Positions 1 through 9,678 of a DNA stretch of 64,000 nucleotides are shown here, one piece after another. A model generated the notes under the pieces. It saw nothing but the letters and a program-made list of their open reading frames with translations. It was not told the DNA's origin and made no database searches. Each line of letters opens with the position of its first letter. Within the stretch, counting starts at the first letter, position 1. Source of the DNA: a virus; the IMG/VR virus record IMGVR_UViG_3300043411_001639, positions 32,001 to 96,000 of that record, one strand, 5' to 3'. The translations under genes and the position numbers were made by a program.

Positions 1-180
1 TCCAGAACTTATGAACTTCATGAATGATCTGTTCCAAACCAACTACTACAAGAAAATGTTCAATGACCCTTCTGTATAAAAACAAACCAGTAGAGATTCT
101 ATCTCCAAGACCAATGGGTAGTTTCTATGATTACAACGTCCGTATCATTAAAACTGGTACAGTTGTTGCAGTGAGAAAAC

Positions 181-507
181 ATGAGTTACTCCAAAAAGAC
201 TAGTAAGTTCAACAAGAAACTAGCTGGAAAAACAGTCAGGGTTTAAGAAAAAGAATCTGGACAACTATTCCTGATTAAAATCATCAGTGTAAAACGTGGT
301 TGTAGTCCAGGTAATATTATCTGGCCTGAATTTGCACAAGTGTTTACAGTTAAAAGAGATGGTAAGATGGCTAAACAGCCATACAACCAAATCAGAACAG
401 TAGTTAAACAGAATTGGTATGTAAACTATACTGATGAAAACAATGAAATCTGCGAACAGTTCCTAGAAGAATCTACTCTAAAGAAATTCATCAAACAAAA
501 ACCATGA
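181..507 (+). pseudogene. Small hypothetical ORF interrupted by one in-frame TAA (244-246)
   Basis: ATG at 181; frame stays open after the TAA until TGA 505-507, which overlaps the next ATG. Confidence 0.5.
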
Positions 508-664
508 ACCACACACTAGAACATTATCTAGCACTATCTGAACAAGAACTTGAAACTCTCAGAGGTTTGTTTAAACGTCTACCTGCTTTCAGTGAAAGTA
601 ATCCCTGTACAAAACTGGAAGAAGAATTATTAACTCTGATCTTTGAACACAGAACAAACGAACA

Positions 665-1147
665 ATGACTAATAAAAAACGCTGGAATCCTGGCAACATG
701 TTTGGTGATATGGACTCTGATCTAACCAAACAACCACACTATAACCTTGCTGTTGATATTGGACAGTTTGTTGTTGAACTAAGTTCTAAACTAAAAAAAC
801 TGGATATTTGGGAAAAACACCTAAAGTTTCTTGAAGAAACAAAATCAGTAGACAACTGGAGTTTTGCTTATGCAGAGGCAGTGTTGAGAAGCCGACAAAA
901 TTCATTGAAAACAATTCAGTTTTATACTGATATGCCTATTCTTCTTGAATTTGCACCTAACCTGTTTGTGAAGTATGGTGTTGAAATTCTGTCTGTTCAC
1001 AAACATCCCAATGCTCCAATTGATTATCTATCAGATGGAACGTGTACAGGAAACACTAAACCTGAAAACTATAAACTAGCCCGTAAACATGAAGTTGAAA
1101 CCAGAAACTGGTGGAAATGTAATAACAAGAAAGAAATGTTAAACTAA
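665..1147 (+). CDS. hypothetical protein
   Basis: 160-aa ORF, co-oriented with early region. Confidence 0.75.
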   Translation: MTNKKRWNPGNMFGDMDSDLTKQPHYNLAVDIGQFVVELSSKLKKLDIWEKHLKFLEETKSVDNWSFAYAEAVLRSRQNSLKTIQFYTDMPILLEFAPNLFVKYGVEILSVHKHPNAPIDYLSDGTCTGNTKPENYKLARKHEVETRNWWKCNNKKEMLN

Positions 1148-1304
1148 AATGCATCCTAGAATTAAATTTTTAATGATTTTACTAACTGCATTATTTATAG
1201 CAGTCCCCTTTACTGTTATGTATTATAACCGTCATAACTCTGTTAAAAACAACACAGTTGCAACCCACTACTGTCCGTGCTAATGTCGGACCATAGATCA
1301 ACAA

Positions 1305-1514
1305 ATGAGAAACCCAACAAATGAAAAATTCCAGATAGGACAAAAGTATTCATTTCAAGACTGTCCCACAATTGTTTATCAAATTCTTAAAGTTGAAGAA
1401 AATGATAAAATCATTAAAATGATGAGAATTACTAACGGCGGCGGCATTTTTGCTGATCATCCTTGGTATGTTCCGTTTTCTGATATGGATCTTTTTGTTA
1501 GGGTGGATCAATGA
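1305..1514 (+). CDS. hypothetical protein
   Basis: first ORF after promoter 1258. Confidence 0.7.
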   Translation: MRNPTNEKFQIGQKYSFQDCPTIVYQILKVEENDKIIKMMRITNGGGIFADHPWYVPFSDMDLFVRVDQ

Positions 1515-1939
1515 CTCCTATCATCGTTGATAGTTTTGGTATGTTCCTTTCTGCCATTCAACGGGGAGAATCCTTTGTTGATTCTCCTGAAACTTTCTAC
1601 TGGTTCGGGTGCCCCCTGAACGATTTTGCTGTTGAAAAAACCTGCAAAAACAGAAACATAACCCCAGAAACCTTCAACAAAGTAATGGATATTCTCCTTC
1701 CTGCTTTTCAGGATGGACGTGTTTGGTTCAGTGAATACACTGATGAAAGTAAGTTCCAACTTCAACGGGAATATTTCCAAGATTTCCTTGACACGGTCTC
1801 ATCTCGTACTGGAAACTCTCGGATTGTTTTTGAGCGTTTTGCCAACAAATATTGGGAAGCACACCTCATTGTTCCTGTAATGTGTGAACTTCTAAAAGAA
1901 AACGGTTGGCAGGTTTCCTATCCATTCAGGAGATACTAA
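1511..1939 (+). CDS. hypothetical protein
   Basis: ATGA overlap with upstream ORF. Confidence 0.75.
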   Translation: MTPIIVDSFGMFLSAIQRGESFVDSPETFYWFGCPLNDFAVEKTCKNRNITPETFNKVMDILLPAFQDGRVWFSEYTDESKFQLQREYFQDFLDTVSSRTGNSRIVFERFANKYWEAHLIVPVMCELLKENGWQVSYPFRRY

Positions 1940-1943
1940 ACCA

Positions 1944-2642
1944 ATGAGTGATTATTATCAAGGTGAACACGGCAAACAACGTTGGTTAAGCAAAAGTATT
2001 GAACAACGTGCCCGATTTTTAACTGCTCTTTATCATAAACCTGATAGTTGGGTTCATAAAGCCACTGGTCAAATTTTCTTTGTAGAAAAAATAGAACTAC
2101 ACTATGTCTCTCTGTCTAATGAAAGAAAAGGGGTTGTTTGTGATACCTGGAAAACCAGTGGTCATAGTTTTGAAGAGTTTACCGATCAACCTGAATGGTA
2201 TCTTTCAGATGTTTGCTTGGTTCCAGTGGATGATGAAACCATTCAGTATTCACTCCAATATGAAGTGATGGAAAAAAGATTTAGAACTGAAAAAAACACT
2301 GAATATTTCTTCAAGGGTGAACAAGGTAAGAAACGTTGGTTAACTCATAGTCCACAACAACGAAGTTTGATTATACAAATTTTCAACCGTTCAGAAACGG
2401 TTAAATACCGCACTAAAACAGGTGAAATCCTTGACCTTGAATCTGTTGAACTAAACTATCTGTCTCTAACAGAAATAGGACATGATAATCCCTATTGGAT
2501 CAGTAAAGAACTGTTTAAATACATGCCTGATAATACTGAGACTGAATGGTACCTGCACGACATCTATCTAATTCCAGTTGGATCAAATAAAATCAAACAT
2601 TCAATTCACTTTGGAGAAGTAACGGAGATGTTTAATCAATGA
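1944..2642 (+). CDS. hypothetical protein with internal tandem domain duplication
   Basis: YYQGEHGKQRWL..EWYLSDV repeated as YFFKGEQGKKRWL..EWYLHDI. Confidence 0.8.
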   Translation: MSDYYQGEHGKQRWLSKSIEQRARFLTALYHKPDSWVHKATGQIFFVEKIELHYVSLSNERKGVVCDTWKTSGHSFEEFTDQPEWYLSDVCLVPVDDETIQYSLQYEVMEKRFRTEKNTEYFFKGEQGKKRWLTHSPQQRSLIIQIFNRSETVKYRTKTGEILDLESVELNYLSLTEIGHDNPYWISKELFKYMPDNTETEWYLHDIYLIPVGSNKIKHSIHFGEVTEMFNQ

Positions 2643-2977
2643 CAGACATTCAACTTTCCAGTGGTAAACGTGGTGATAAACACATCAAAAACAGAGGTAA
2701 AGCTCAGATTGAATACATGACCTGGGCTCTTGAACAAAAACCTGGAATTCAATATGAGGGTTGTGATGGGAAAGTCCACACTCTCAAACAAGTTCTAGTT
2801 AGCTACGGGGTGTTTGATAAAAAAGCTAAGAATTCAGGAGATTGGGATACTTCTGATACTAAACCAACAGATCCAACTGTTAGCTGGTTTATCTATGACA
2901 TTACTTTTGTATCAACAGATGGCATCAGTTGTTTTAGTTCTGGAGGTTGTTTTCAGCCACTAGGAACAGATTGGTAA
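2639..2977 (+). CDS. hypothetical protein, possible third diverged copy of the 1944 domain
   Basis: ATGA overlap; WFIYDITFV resembles WYLHDIYLI. Confidence 0.7.
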   Translation: MTDIQLSSGKRGDKHIKNRGKAQIEYMTWALEQKPGIQYEGCDGKVHTLKQVLVSYGVFDKKAKNSGDWDTSDTKPTDPTVSWFIYDITFVSTDGISCFSSGGCFQPLGTDW

Positions 2978-3182
2978 AATCATGCCTGACAGAGAAGATT
3001 TCATTGTTAGTTTCTTAAATCTATGTACCTTCCTCGGTTATTTCTTTGTCATGGTAGGACATGGAGTTCTTTGGTGTATTTTAACTGGTAACAACTATGT
3101 TGGAACATCAATAGGTGTGGTTTATTTCTTCTGGTTTGGATATCAACTTTTAAAAGATTAACACAAAACGACGAGTAAAACA

Positions 3183-3515
3183 ATGACAACTAAAATCTAT
3201 TCCCCAGAAGATTTCAAACGTGATAACCACGAAGCAAAAGTAAAAGCTGAAGGTGCAAAACTAAAAGCTCAAAAAGAATTCCAGGCTAAAGTTGAAAAAC
3301 TTGTTGAAGAGTTTAATGTTCAGGCAAAAGATATTGCAGAAGATCCATTTCATGTTCAGCATAAAACCTTTCCTGTTATAACTGATACAAAAGAACTAGC
3401 TGTTGAACTAGCATCACGTCTTAGTTCTGTTGGATGGAAAACAACAAAGCCAGTTTTGTTTGATGATCTAGCAATGAGTCACTGTAAACATCAGTTCTGG
3501 GTATCAAAACCCTAA
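3183..3515 (+). CDS. hypothetical protein
   Basis: 110-aa ORF with GAG upstream. Confidence 0.75.
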   Translation: MTTKIYSPEDFKRDNHEAKVKAEGAKLKAQKEFQAKVEKLVEEFNVQAKDIAEDPFHVQHKTFPVITDTKELAVELASRLSSVGWKTTKPVLFDDLAMSHCKHQFWVSKP

Positions 3516-3676
3516 AACCAGTTGCATCTCGCTCCGTAACCTGGTAGTGTCGGGTTGTCAGTCGGGCACCACAACCAACAGAACCAGGAGTACCATTTAG
3601 TTATGGCCCTGGTTGTTCTGTGGTAATCTACAAACAAAAAATCTCCAACTTCATCATCAAAAAGGACTGAAACACC

Positions 3677-3973
3677 ATGACAATCGGCATTCCTCAGATC
3701 GGTGACAGTGTTCCTTGGAATGAGATTCCTGAGTTCTACAACGATTCTTATCATCGTGAATTTCCTCCTCCTGATGGGATTGTTACTGATGTGTTTCTTG
3801 ATAGCAACTACTGCATTGTTCAGTGTGATGGTTATTTTATCCATTTTGATCTTGATGGTAGTTCCTGGGATTCAACTGGACAGTGGAAGCGTGATTTTCA
3901 GTGGGGTTATCAGCGTGAACAGGTAAATCAAGAACAGGATGAAGTTCTTGATGGTTTTGCTGAGATGGGTTGA
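3677..3973 (+). CDS. hypothetical acidic protein
   Basis: AAGGA RBS; downstream of promoter 3522. Confidence 0.75.
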   Translation: MTIGIPQIGDSVPWNEIPEFYNDSYHREFPPPDGIVTDVFLDSNYCIVQCDGYFIHFDLDGSSWDSTGQWKRDFQWGYQREQVNQEQDEVLDGFAEMG

Positions 3974-4014
3974 TTTTCAAGTTGTTTTGTTTGTACATTT
4001 GCAGTAAAAAAACC

Positions 4015-4209
4015 ATGAGTGAACCTAAATATAAAATCGGTGACAACGTAGTTCATCAAACCAAGATTTCTCTTGGTCCAATAGGAGATCCTTTTTCTGG
4101 TAAAGTAACAGGTGTAAACTTCTATTCTGGCTGTTGGAGGTATACAATTCTAGCAGCTAACAACAAAAGCCTTGTAGGCGCTGAAGAATTCTATATCACT
4201 AAACAATAG
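4015..4209 (+). CDS. hypothetical protein (SH3-like KYKIGDxV)
   Basis: ATG 4015 inside ORF 3970-4209. Confidence 0.65.
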   Translation: MSEPKYKIGDNVVHQTKISLGPIGDPFSGKVTGVNFYSGCWRYTILAANNKSLVGAEEFYITKQ

Positions 4210-4216
4210 GACAATC

Positions 4217-4669
4217 ATGGAACGTCTAACCAAGACAGGTTTTCCAGTTTCAACTAGTACATTCTGTTTCTGTCAGATCTGTGGTAAAGGAGCTATCACA
4301 GATATCTGCCACTATACAATGTGGCAAGAGATGGATGATAAAGATGTTCCTGAACCTGGAAACTTCATAGTTGTTTGTAAAGATCCAGCATGTAACAAAG
4401 TAGTTGATGATCATCCAAGAGGTTATCAAGAAGTCCCTTGGAGCTTGGGTGGTCCTGGTGCCTTCATGCTGACTTGTGGTGATTGTGAATACCGCCAAGG
4501 TTTTTCCTGTACAAATCCAGGGCTGACTGCTAACGGTGGTTCAGGACTTGAAGTTGGTTTTAGAAACATGTTCGTGGATAACATGATTTATTGTTTCAAT
4601 GATGGTAGAGGTTGTAGAAAACCATTTGGGGACCGACCAGTTATTAGTTGTGTAGGAAACCCAAAATGA
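4217..4669 (+). CDS. Cys-rich putative metal-binding protein
   Basis: CQIC, CKDPAC and CGDC motifs; AGGA RBS. Confidence 0.75.
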   Translation: MERLTKTGFPVSTSTFCFCQICGKGAITDICHYTMWQEMDDKDVPEPGNFIVVCKDPACNKVVDDHPRGYQEVPWSLGGPGAFMLTCGDCEYRQGFSCTNPGLTANGGSGLEVGFRNMFVDNMIYCFNDGRGCRKPFGDRPVISCVGNPK

Positions 4670-4798
4670 TGATAGCAAATGTTAGTAGCATTGAGTTGTT
4701 TACTAGAATTCTAGATGGTGGTTTTACAATCAAATGTAATTGTGGTCATATTCACAGGGTCGTTGAACCTTTTCCGAAAACCAGAAAGCATAACAACC

Positions 4799-5011
4799 AT
4801 GTTTAAAGTTGAAGTAGGTTTAGTTGGTATTGTTTACTCAGGGCCTTCTAACACTGAAGCTGAAACAACCTATGAAGAATACTGTGAACAGTCTCATAGT
4901 CTGGTTGGTAATGCTGCAAACCAACCTGTAACCATGTGGTTTATGAACGAAGTAGTTCACTCATATCAACCTGACTCAGATGATTTTGGAATTAGTGATT
5001 GCAATGACTAG
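4799..5011 (+). CDS. hypothetical protein
   Basis: ATG 4799 inside ORF 4715-5011. Confidence 0.65.
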   Translation: MFKVEVGLVGIVYSGPSNTEAETTYEEYCEQSHSLVGNAANQPVTMWFMNEVVHSYQPDSDDFGISDCND

Positions 5012-5204
5012 AAACTATGCAGTAGTTTTGAAATTCTTTGATGGTTATATCCAGGTAATAGTTCGGGCCAAAAGTTTAGTAGAAGCAGAAACCAAAGTAT
5101 TAGCAATCAAGCCTGGAAAACTACTCAAACTCTGGTTTGAACAAAACCCACCTAGTGTTGTAATGATTAGTACAGCAGATGAGGAACCTGTAACAAAACT
5201 ATGA
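5004..5204 (+). CDS. hypothetical protein
   Basis: overlaps upstream stop region. Confidence 0.6.
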   Translation: MTRNYAVVLKFFDGYIQVIVRAKSLVEAETKVLAIKPGKLLKLWFEQNPPSVVMISTADEEPVTKL

Positions 5205-5533
5205 AAATCAATGCTAACACCAACTGTTTTGATGAACTAGAAGAAGCTATTACTCATCAATATGTTCTTCGTACTTCTGGATATGACTACAGTGAACGTG
5301 TAGTTCCAGAAAGAACAGATCTAGGAAATAGATTGGTTGATGCTGGAGTTTGGGATGGTGATAAACGAGATGATGAACGTTCAAAACTAGAGCTTGAAAG
5401 ACAGAGTGAGCCTTATGAAGAACAATCTAACCATGAAGTTAAAGTTCTAACAACTTTCAATGTTTCAGGGCATCTTTATGCTAATATCTCAATCCCTGAG
5501 ATTCCAGGTTCAGATTATTGGATTAGTATCTAA
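5201..5533 (+). CDS. hypothetical protein
   Basis: ATGA overlap. Confidence 0.7.
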   Translation: MKINANTNCFDELEEAITHQYVLRTSGYDYSERVVPERTDLGNRLVDAGVWDGDKRDDERSKLELERQSEPYEEQSNHEVKVLTTFNVSGHLYANISIPEIPGSDYWISI

Positions 5534-5593
5534 CCAAAGTTGTTTCAGACAAACTCTGTTGCATCTCCCCTCTCAACCTGCTAAGGTACATCT

Positions 5594-5779
5594 ATGAGTG
5601 CGAGATACTACTGTCCTCAAGCGTGTGATTCCCGTAAAGGGTGGGTTGATCTTCCCTCTTTGGCTTCAACCAAAGAAAAAGAAGCAGAAAAGAACGTCAT
5701 GGAATGGCGGGAACAATCCCCCTCAAACAACACCCTCCAAACCCGTGTTATTCGTAAACCTCATGGATGGGAGCCCTGA
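5594..5779 (+). CDS. hypothetical protein, likely leaderless
   Basis: ATG 6 nt after -10 box 5582-5587. Confidence 0.75.
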   Translation: MSARYYCPQACDSRKGWVDLPSLASTKEKEAEKNVMEWREQSPSNNTLQTRVIRKPHGWEP

Positions 5780-5784
5780 ACATC

Positions 5785-6108
5785 ATGGAATTCAACAAAT
5801 CAAGCCTGATTCATCGTCTCAAGCATATTCTCCAGATGAAGGGACAGATCGGACATGATCTGAAAGCTGGAGATGTTCACTACGAATCCATGTACGAGAT
5901 CTTCGTAAAAGAAGGTGGAAGGGAATACAGGTTCATCGGAACTCTGGGTTTTGGAGGTAAGATCTATTACTCCATTTCCAAGGGATTTTGGGTGGATTGT
6001 TATCCCGAAGATCTGACAGATGAACGGGCAGAGACAATCAAAGAGATCAACAGGTCACTGGACATTCTCGCGAACAAATCCGACAAGTTCGGTTTCCTTC
6101 AACACTGA
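5785..6108 (+). CDS. hypothetical protein
   Basis: ATG 5785 with GGAG upstream. Confidence 0.75.
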   Translation: MEFNKSSLIHRLKHILQMKGQIGHDLKAGDVHYESMYEIFVKEGGREYRFIGTLGFGGKIYYSISKGFWVDCYPEDLTDERAETIKEINRSLDILANKSDKFGFLQH

Positions 6109-6122
6109 AAGCAATCATTACC

Positions 6123-6392
6123 ATGCAAAACTCTGAAGAACTCATCAAATATACCTTGGGTCTGATGAATCAGAACATCAAGGTAGTAAACGAAAACAAG
6201 ATTGCTGCCTATGAGCACATGGAAATGATGGAAGAAAAGTTTTCTTTCGTATTGTCTGAGGGTTATTCTGATGAAGAAACTGCCAGAGCTGAAAATGATA
6301 GGATTGAAGCACTTAAATCCTATAAAGATCTCTGTGATGAAGAAACTGCCTGTCTAACAGATCGTAATGCTTTTCTAAAAGAAACAGCATAA
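6123..6392 (+). CDS. hypothetical helical protein
   Basis: ORF track. Confidence 0.7.
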   Translation: MQNSEELIKYTLGLMNQNIKVVNENKIAAYEHMEMMEEKFSFVLSEGYSDEETARAENDRIEALKSYKDLCDEETACLTDRNAFLKETA

Positions 6393-6393
6393 C

Positions 6394-6750
6394 ATGCCTA
6401 TCAAAAAAGAAACATATCTCTGTTGTTCCTGTATGACTGAATATCCAACAGAACAAGAAGCTAGTAAGTGTGAAACACAACTGCCAGGAACACGTAGAGC
6501 TACGAGAATCTACAATCCTGATGAAATTTTAACAGTTAAATCATGGACACCTTGTGAAACCTTTGAACTGGTTACTGTTAAAGTAATCCGAACAGAAATT
6601 GGTCCTGCAAGCAGTGGCACTAGAGGTTTGCATGAAAACTACGTCATAGTTGATAAATGGATTGATATCCTAGATTACTATGACCACGCTAGAGACTGTT
6701 GGGAAACTGAACATACAACTAGAATTCCAGCTTCAAAAATTGATGATTGA
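6394..6750 (+). CDS. hypothetical protein with N-terminal zinc-finger-like motif
   Basis: YLCCSC..YPTEQEA..CE. Confidence 0.7.
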   Translation: MPIKKETYLCCSCMTEYPTEQEASKCETQLPGTRRATRIYNPDEILTVKSWTPCETFELVTVKVIRTEIGPASSGTRGLHENYVIVDKWIDILDYYDHARDCWETEHTTRIPASKIDD

Positions 6751-6758
6751 ATAATCAT

Positions 6759-7067
6759 ATGAGTTATCAACGTTTGATTTCTACAATTTCAGATCTATCA
6801 GTTCCACTTAAACCAGCACCATTCACACAACGGGTTGTTGCTTGGTTCTTTTCAACCTATGCTAACAAATGGAAATGGCATAGACAGAAACAAGGTGGAA
6901 GATGGGCAAGAATCTTTAAGAGAGAATTTTTAAATAAACCCTATCAACTAAAAGGCTGGGAACAGGTTCCCAAATGCATATTTCTGTTATATCCAGAAGG
7001 AACATTTAGTTATATAACTGGGGAATGCACTAAAGAACAATGTAACTGTGAAGTTTATGGTTCTTGA
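6759..7067 (+). CDS. hypothetical protein
   Basis: ATG 6759 inside ORF 6747-7067. Confidence 0.6.
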   Translation: MSYQRLISTISDLSVPLKPAPFTQRVVAWFFSTYANKWKWHRQKQGGRWARIFKREFLNKPYQLKGWEQVPKCIFLLYPEGTFSYITGECTKEQCNCEVYGS

Positions 7068-7705
7068 TGATCTGGTGTATGATCCCAAACACTGTCTTTG
7101 AATTTAATGTTCTTGTTATACCAGATATTCATCTCTCCAAGATCTTCTTGGAATCCCTCAAAAGTTAAATAATCTAAAGCAGTCTGAGTGTCAATTTGTT
7201 TGACTACTTTGACTGTTTCTGGATCTAACAATGGTTCACCGTCTGAACCAACATCATACGTAATAAAAACAAACTCACCATCTGAGTTTTCTTGTAAACT
7301 CTCCACAGGCAGTAGTTCTCCCGTGACTATATATACCTCATCGTTAGCTATGGGTTTGATAAAAAGCTCCCAAAGCATGTGCTGAAAGTATTCCCTGCTC
7401 CCACCTGTTGAATATCTAGCACGGCTATGGTTAGGTGCTTGTATCTCATAATACTTCCCATATTTCTTAACAAAATAAACAGATAGACCGTTTTCTTTTG
7501 TTTTACCCCACATCATATCATTTCTAAATTCCGAGTCTAACCCTACCCTGCTCCTAGTAGTCTCATCGTATCTCCCAAATCTAATAAATAAGTGTGCTTT
7601 ATTATCAAGCATCTCAGAGTTCCTGACTCTAGGGAGTGACTTGATGTAGTTGGAGTATTCCTCATGATCTTGTTCAAACAACCAGTTAGCTAATACCAAA
7701 CTCAT
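7055..7705 (-). CDS. hypothetical protein with capsid-targeting-like N-terminus; possible ADP-ribosyltransferase-like fold
   Basis: only substantial reverse-strand gene in the early region; begins MSLVLANWLFE; motifs IRFG, GLSVY, GSDGEPLL. Confidence 0.7.
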   Translation of the reverse strand: MSLVLANWLFEQDHEEYSNYIKSLPRVRNSEMLDNKAHLFIRFGRYDETTRSRVGLDSEFRNDMMWGKTKENGLSVYFVKKYGKYYEIQAPNHSRARYSTGGSREYFQHMLWELFIKPIANDEVYIVTGELLPVESLQENSDGEFVFITYDVGSDGEPLLDPETVKVVKQIDTQTALDYLTFEGFQEDLGEMNIWYNKNIKFKDSVWDHTPDHQEP

Positions 7706-7759
7706 ATCTTGTTAATTACTTCCTTGTTCTAAGTAGTTCCAGCAACTTACTAGTTAGTC

Positions 7760-7794
7760 AGTGTAATCCTATTCAAGTAGGAGAGGAGGAGGGG
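7760..7794 (+). repeat. about 35-bp dispersed repeat, copy 1 (copy 2 at 38568-38602)
   Basis: AGTGTAATCCTATTCAAGTAGGAGAGGAGGAGGGG vs AGTGTAATCCTATTCATATAGGGAGAGGAAGAGGG. Confidence 0.75.
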
Positions 7795-7905
7795 TAGGTT
7801 CTTATCAACGAATAAATAACTGGATCATACTCAACTTGTTCAGACAAACTAGTTGCATCCTGCCCTGTAACCTGCTAGAGTCATGGGTAGAGAAGGAACA
7901 GAACA

Positions 7906-8124
7906 ATGCAGCACGTACTTTTTTCATTCAGTGAAAAAACTGACAATGAAACCCATTTCATCCATGAATGGGAGAACTGGAATGGAACTGTTCCTGTGAT
8001 CGGAGACATTGTTGTTGTGAAGGTAAATAAATATTATAGACGAGGTGAGCCATTTCAAGAAACTTACTTGGTGGTTGGGAGAACCATTCTCTCTGAAACC
8101 ATTACTGTGTGCTACGTAGAATAA
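7906..8124 (+). CDS. hypothetical protein, paralogue family PxVGDxV (1 of 3)
   Basis: own promoter 7853 and AAGGA RBS. Confidence 0.8.
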   Translation: MQHVLFSFSEKTDNETHFIHEWENWNGTVPVIGDIVVVKVNKYYRRGEPFQETYLVVGRTILSETITVCYVE

Positions 8125-8234
8125 AAGGAGTTAATTCAGCTTGTTTCAGACAAGTCTGATTTATTTCAGACAAACTCTGTTGCAACACCCGCTGGAACCT
8201 GCTAGAGTCATGTGTAGAGAAGGAGAACTGAGAA

Positions 8235-8462
8235 ATGAAGACCGATCTGCTTTTCTGGTTCAAAGACTCAATCAGTAACACAACCCACTCTATTACAGAA
8301 TGGGAAGATCCTCAGTTTATTCCTAACGTCGGGGATACTGTTGTTCTTGAAGTATTTGAACTTAATTCTTCTATCTGGAAGCCTTCTTTTCGCCGTACAT
8401 ATGTTGTTACTGGTAGACTCATCAATTCAAATGGTTGTGGCGTTGAAATCTTCGTAGAGTGA
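8235..8462 (+). CDS. hypothetical protein, paralogue family PxVGDxV (2 of 3)
   Basis: own promoter 8180 and AAGGAG RBS. Confidence 0.8.
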   Translation: MKTDLLFWFKDSISNTTHSITEWEDPQFIPNVGDTVVLEVFELNSSIWKPSFRRTYVVTGRLINSNGCGVEIFVE

Positions 8463-8707
8463 TAAAGAAAGAACAAGTTCCCATGAACGTCATGTTTGGT
8501 TTCAGTGATCCTCACAAACAAGAAAACTATTCAATCAAAGACTGGAAAGGATACAACAGTCCTTTTCTTCCTGGTGTTGGAGACCGTGTTTGGATTGCAG
8601 TCTATAAAGGGGAAGAAGTGAGCGACAAAAGAAAATACTGCAAAGTAGTTGAACGTTCTTTCTATCCAGACGGTGATGTTTTTATGGAAGTTCTCTGGGG
8701 AGACTGA
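8459..8707 (+). CDS. hypothetical protein, paralogue family PxVGDxV (3 of 3)
   Basis: PGVGDRVWI..YCKVVER. Confidence 0.75.
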   Translation: MIKKEQVPMNVMFGFSDPHKQENYSIKDWKGYNSPFLPGVGDRVWIAVYKGEEVSDKRKYCKVVERSFYPDGDVFMEVLWGD

Positions 8708-8730
8708 CAACAACAAAGGAAACAATCTCA

Positions 8731-9090
8731 ATGAGCTACATTCTCTGGATTGATGATCTTCGTGATCCCAACAACCATCACTACGCAAGAAAAGTCAATA
8801 TGTATGCTCATAGGAAAAATCTTCCTGTGGTTTGGGTGAAAACCTCTCAGGAAGCAATCCAGTATGTTCAGAACAACGGTCTTCCTTTTCTTATGTCACT
8901 TGACCATGATCTGGGAATTCTGCTCAATGGTGTGGAGGATACCACCATGTATTTTCTCAAGTGGCTTGCTTATGAATATACGAATCTTACATCTGATAAT
9001 TTTCCTATCTGGATGATCCATTCAGATAATGGTCCTGGTAGACTTAACATGGATAGTTTTCTTGCATCACTGAAGAAGTCAATGGAATAG
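8731..9090 (+). CDS. cyclic-phosphate-processing receiver-like (cREC) domain protein
   Basis: LWIDDLRDP, SLDHDLG and IHSDNxxGRxNM motifs. Confidence 0.75.
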   Translation: MSYILWIDDLRDPNNHHYARKVNMYAHRKNLPVVWVKTSQEAIQYVQNNGLPFLMSLDHDLGILLNGVEDTTMYFLKWLAYEYTNLTSDNFPIWMIHSDNGPGRLNMDSFLASLKKSME

Positions 9091-9092
9091 AA

Positions 9093-9278
9093 ATGACAAC
9101 CATAAAAACAATCGTTGTTATGATCGTAGATGACAAAGAAGTAGCCTCATGCTGGCATCTAAACAAAACCTCTGAAGGAAAATATGAAATCCTTGGAGGA
9201 AAAGGAGAACTTGAGAATTACCTAATTGAATCTCTCAACAATCCAGACTATCAACTTCCTTCTTTTGAGGATAAGTGA
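9093..9278 (+). CDS. hypothetical protein
   Basis: ORF track. Confidence 0.6.
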   Translation: MTTIKTIVVMIVDDKEVASCWHLNKTSEGKYEILGGKGELENYLIESLNNPDYQLPSFEDK

Positions 9279-9416
9279 CCATCAGGTTTTCTTAGTCCTA
9301 AACCATCTTCGTTACTAGGAACACCTAGAACAAGAAACCTTTATATTCAATGTTCTAGTCCAATGGACAAGCAGAATTCAACTACAACGGTTTGATAAAA
9401 ACTAAAGTTAAAACTC

Positions 9417-9674
9417 ATGAAACTCAAATATTTTACTAGCTTTGGTGATATTAAACATCTGTTTGAATATAACTTCAACACTGTTGCAACAATCTGGTAT
9501 TCTGATTCTCAAACAAAGGTAAATGTTCTAGTAAAAAAACTAGGTGATAGGTTTGATGAGATAATTTATGATAAACAGTGGATGAATAATCTAGCAAACA
9601 TGTTAGTAGTTGAACATGTTGAGGTTAGTGATCAACCAAATTATTTATTGTTTAAATTTGATAAACTGGAGTAA
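9417..9674 (+). CDS. hypothetical protein
   Basis: ORF track. Confidence 0.6.
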   Translation: MKLKYFTSFGDIKHLFEYNFNTVATIWYSDSQTKVNVLVKKLGDRFDEIIYDKQWMNNLANMLVVEHVEVSDQPNYLLFKFDKLE

Positions 9675-9678
9675 TAAA

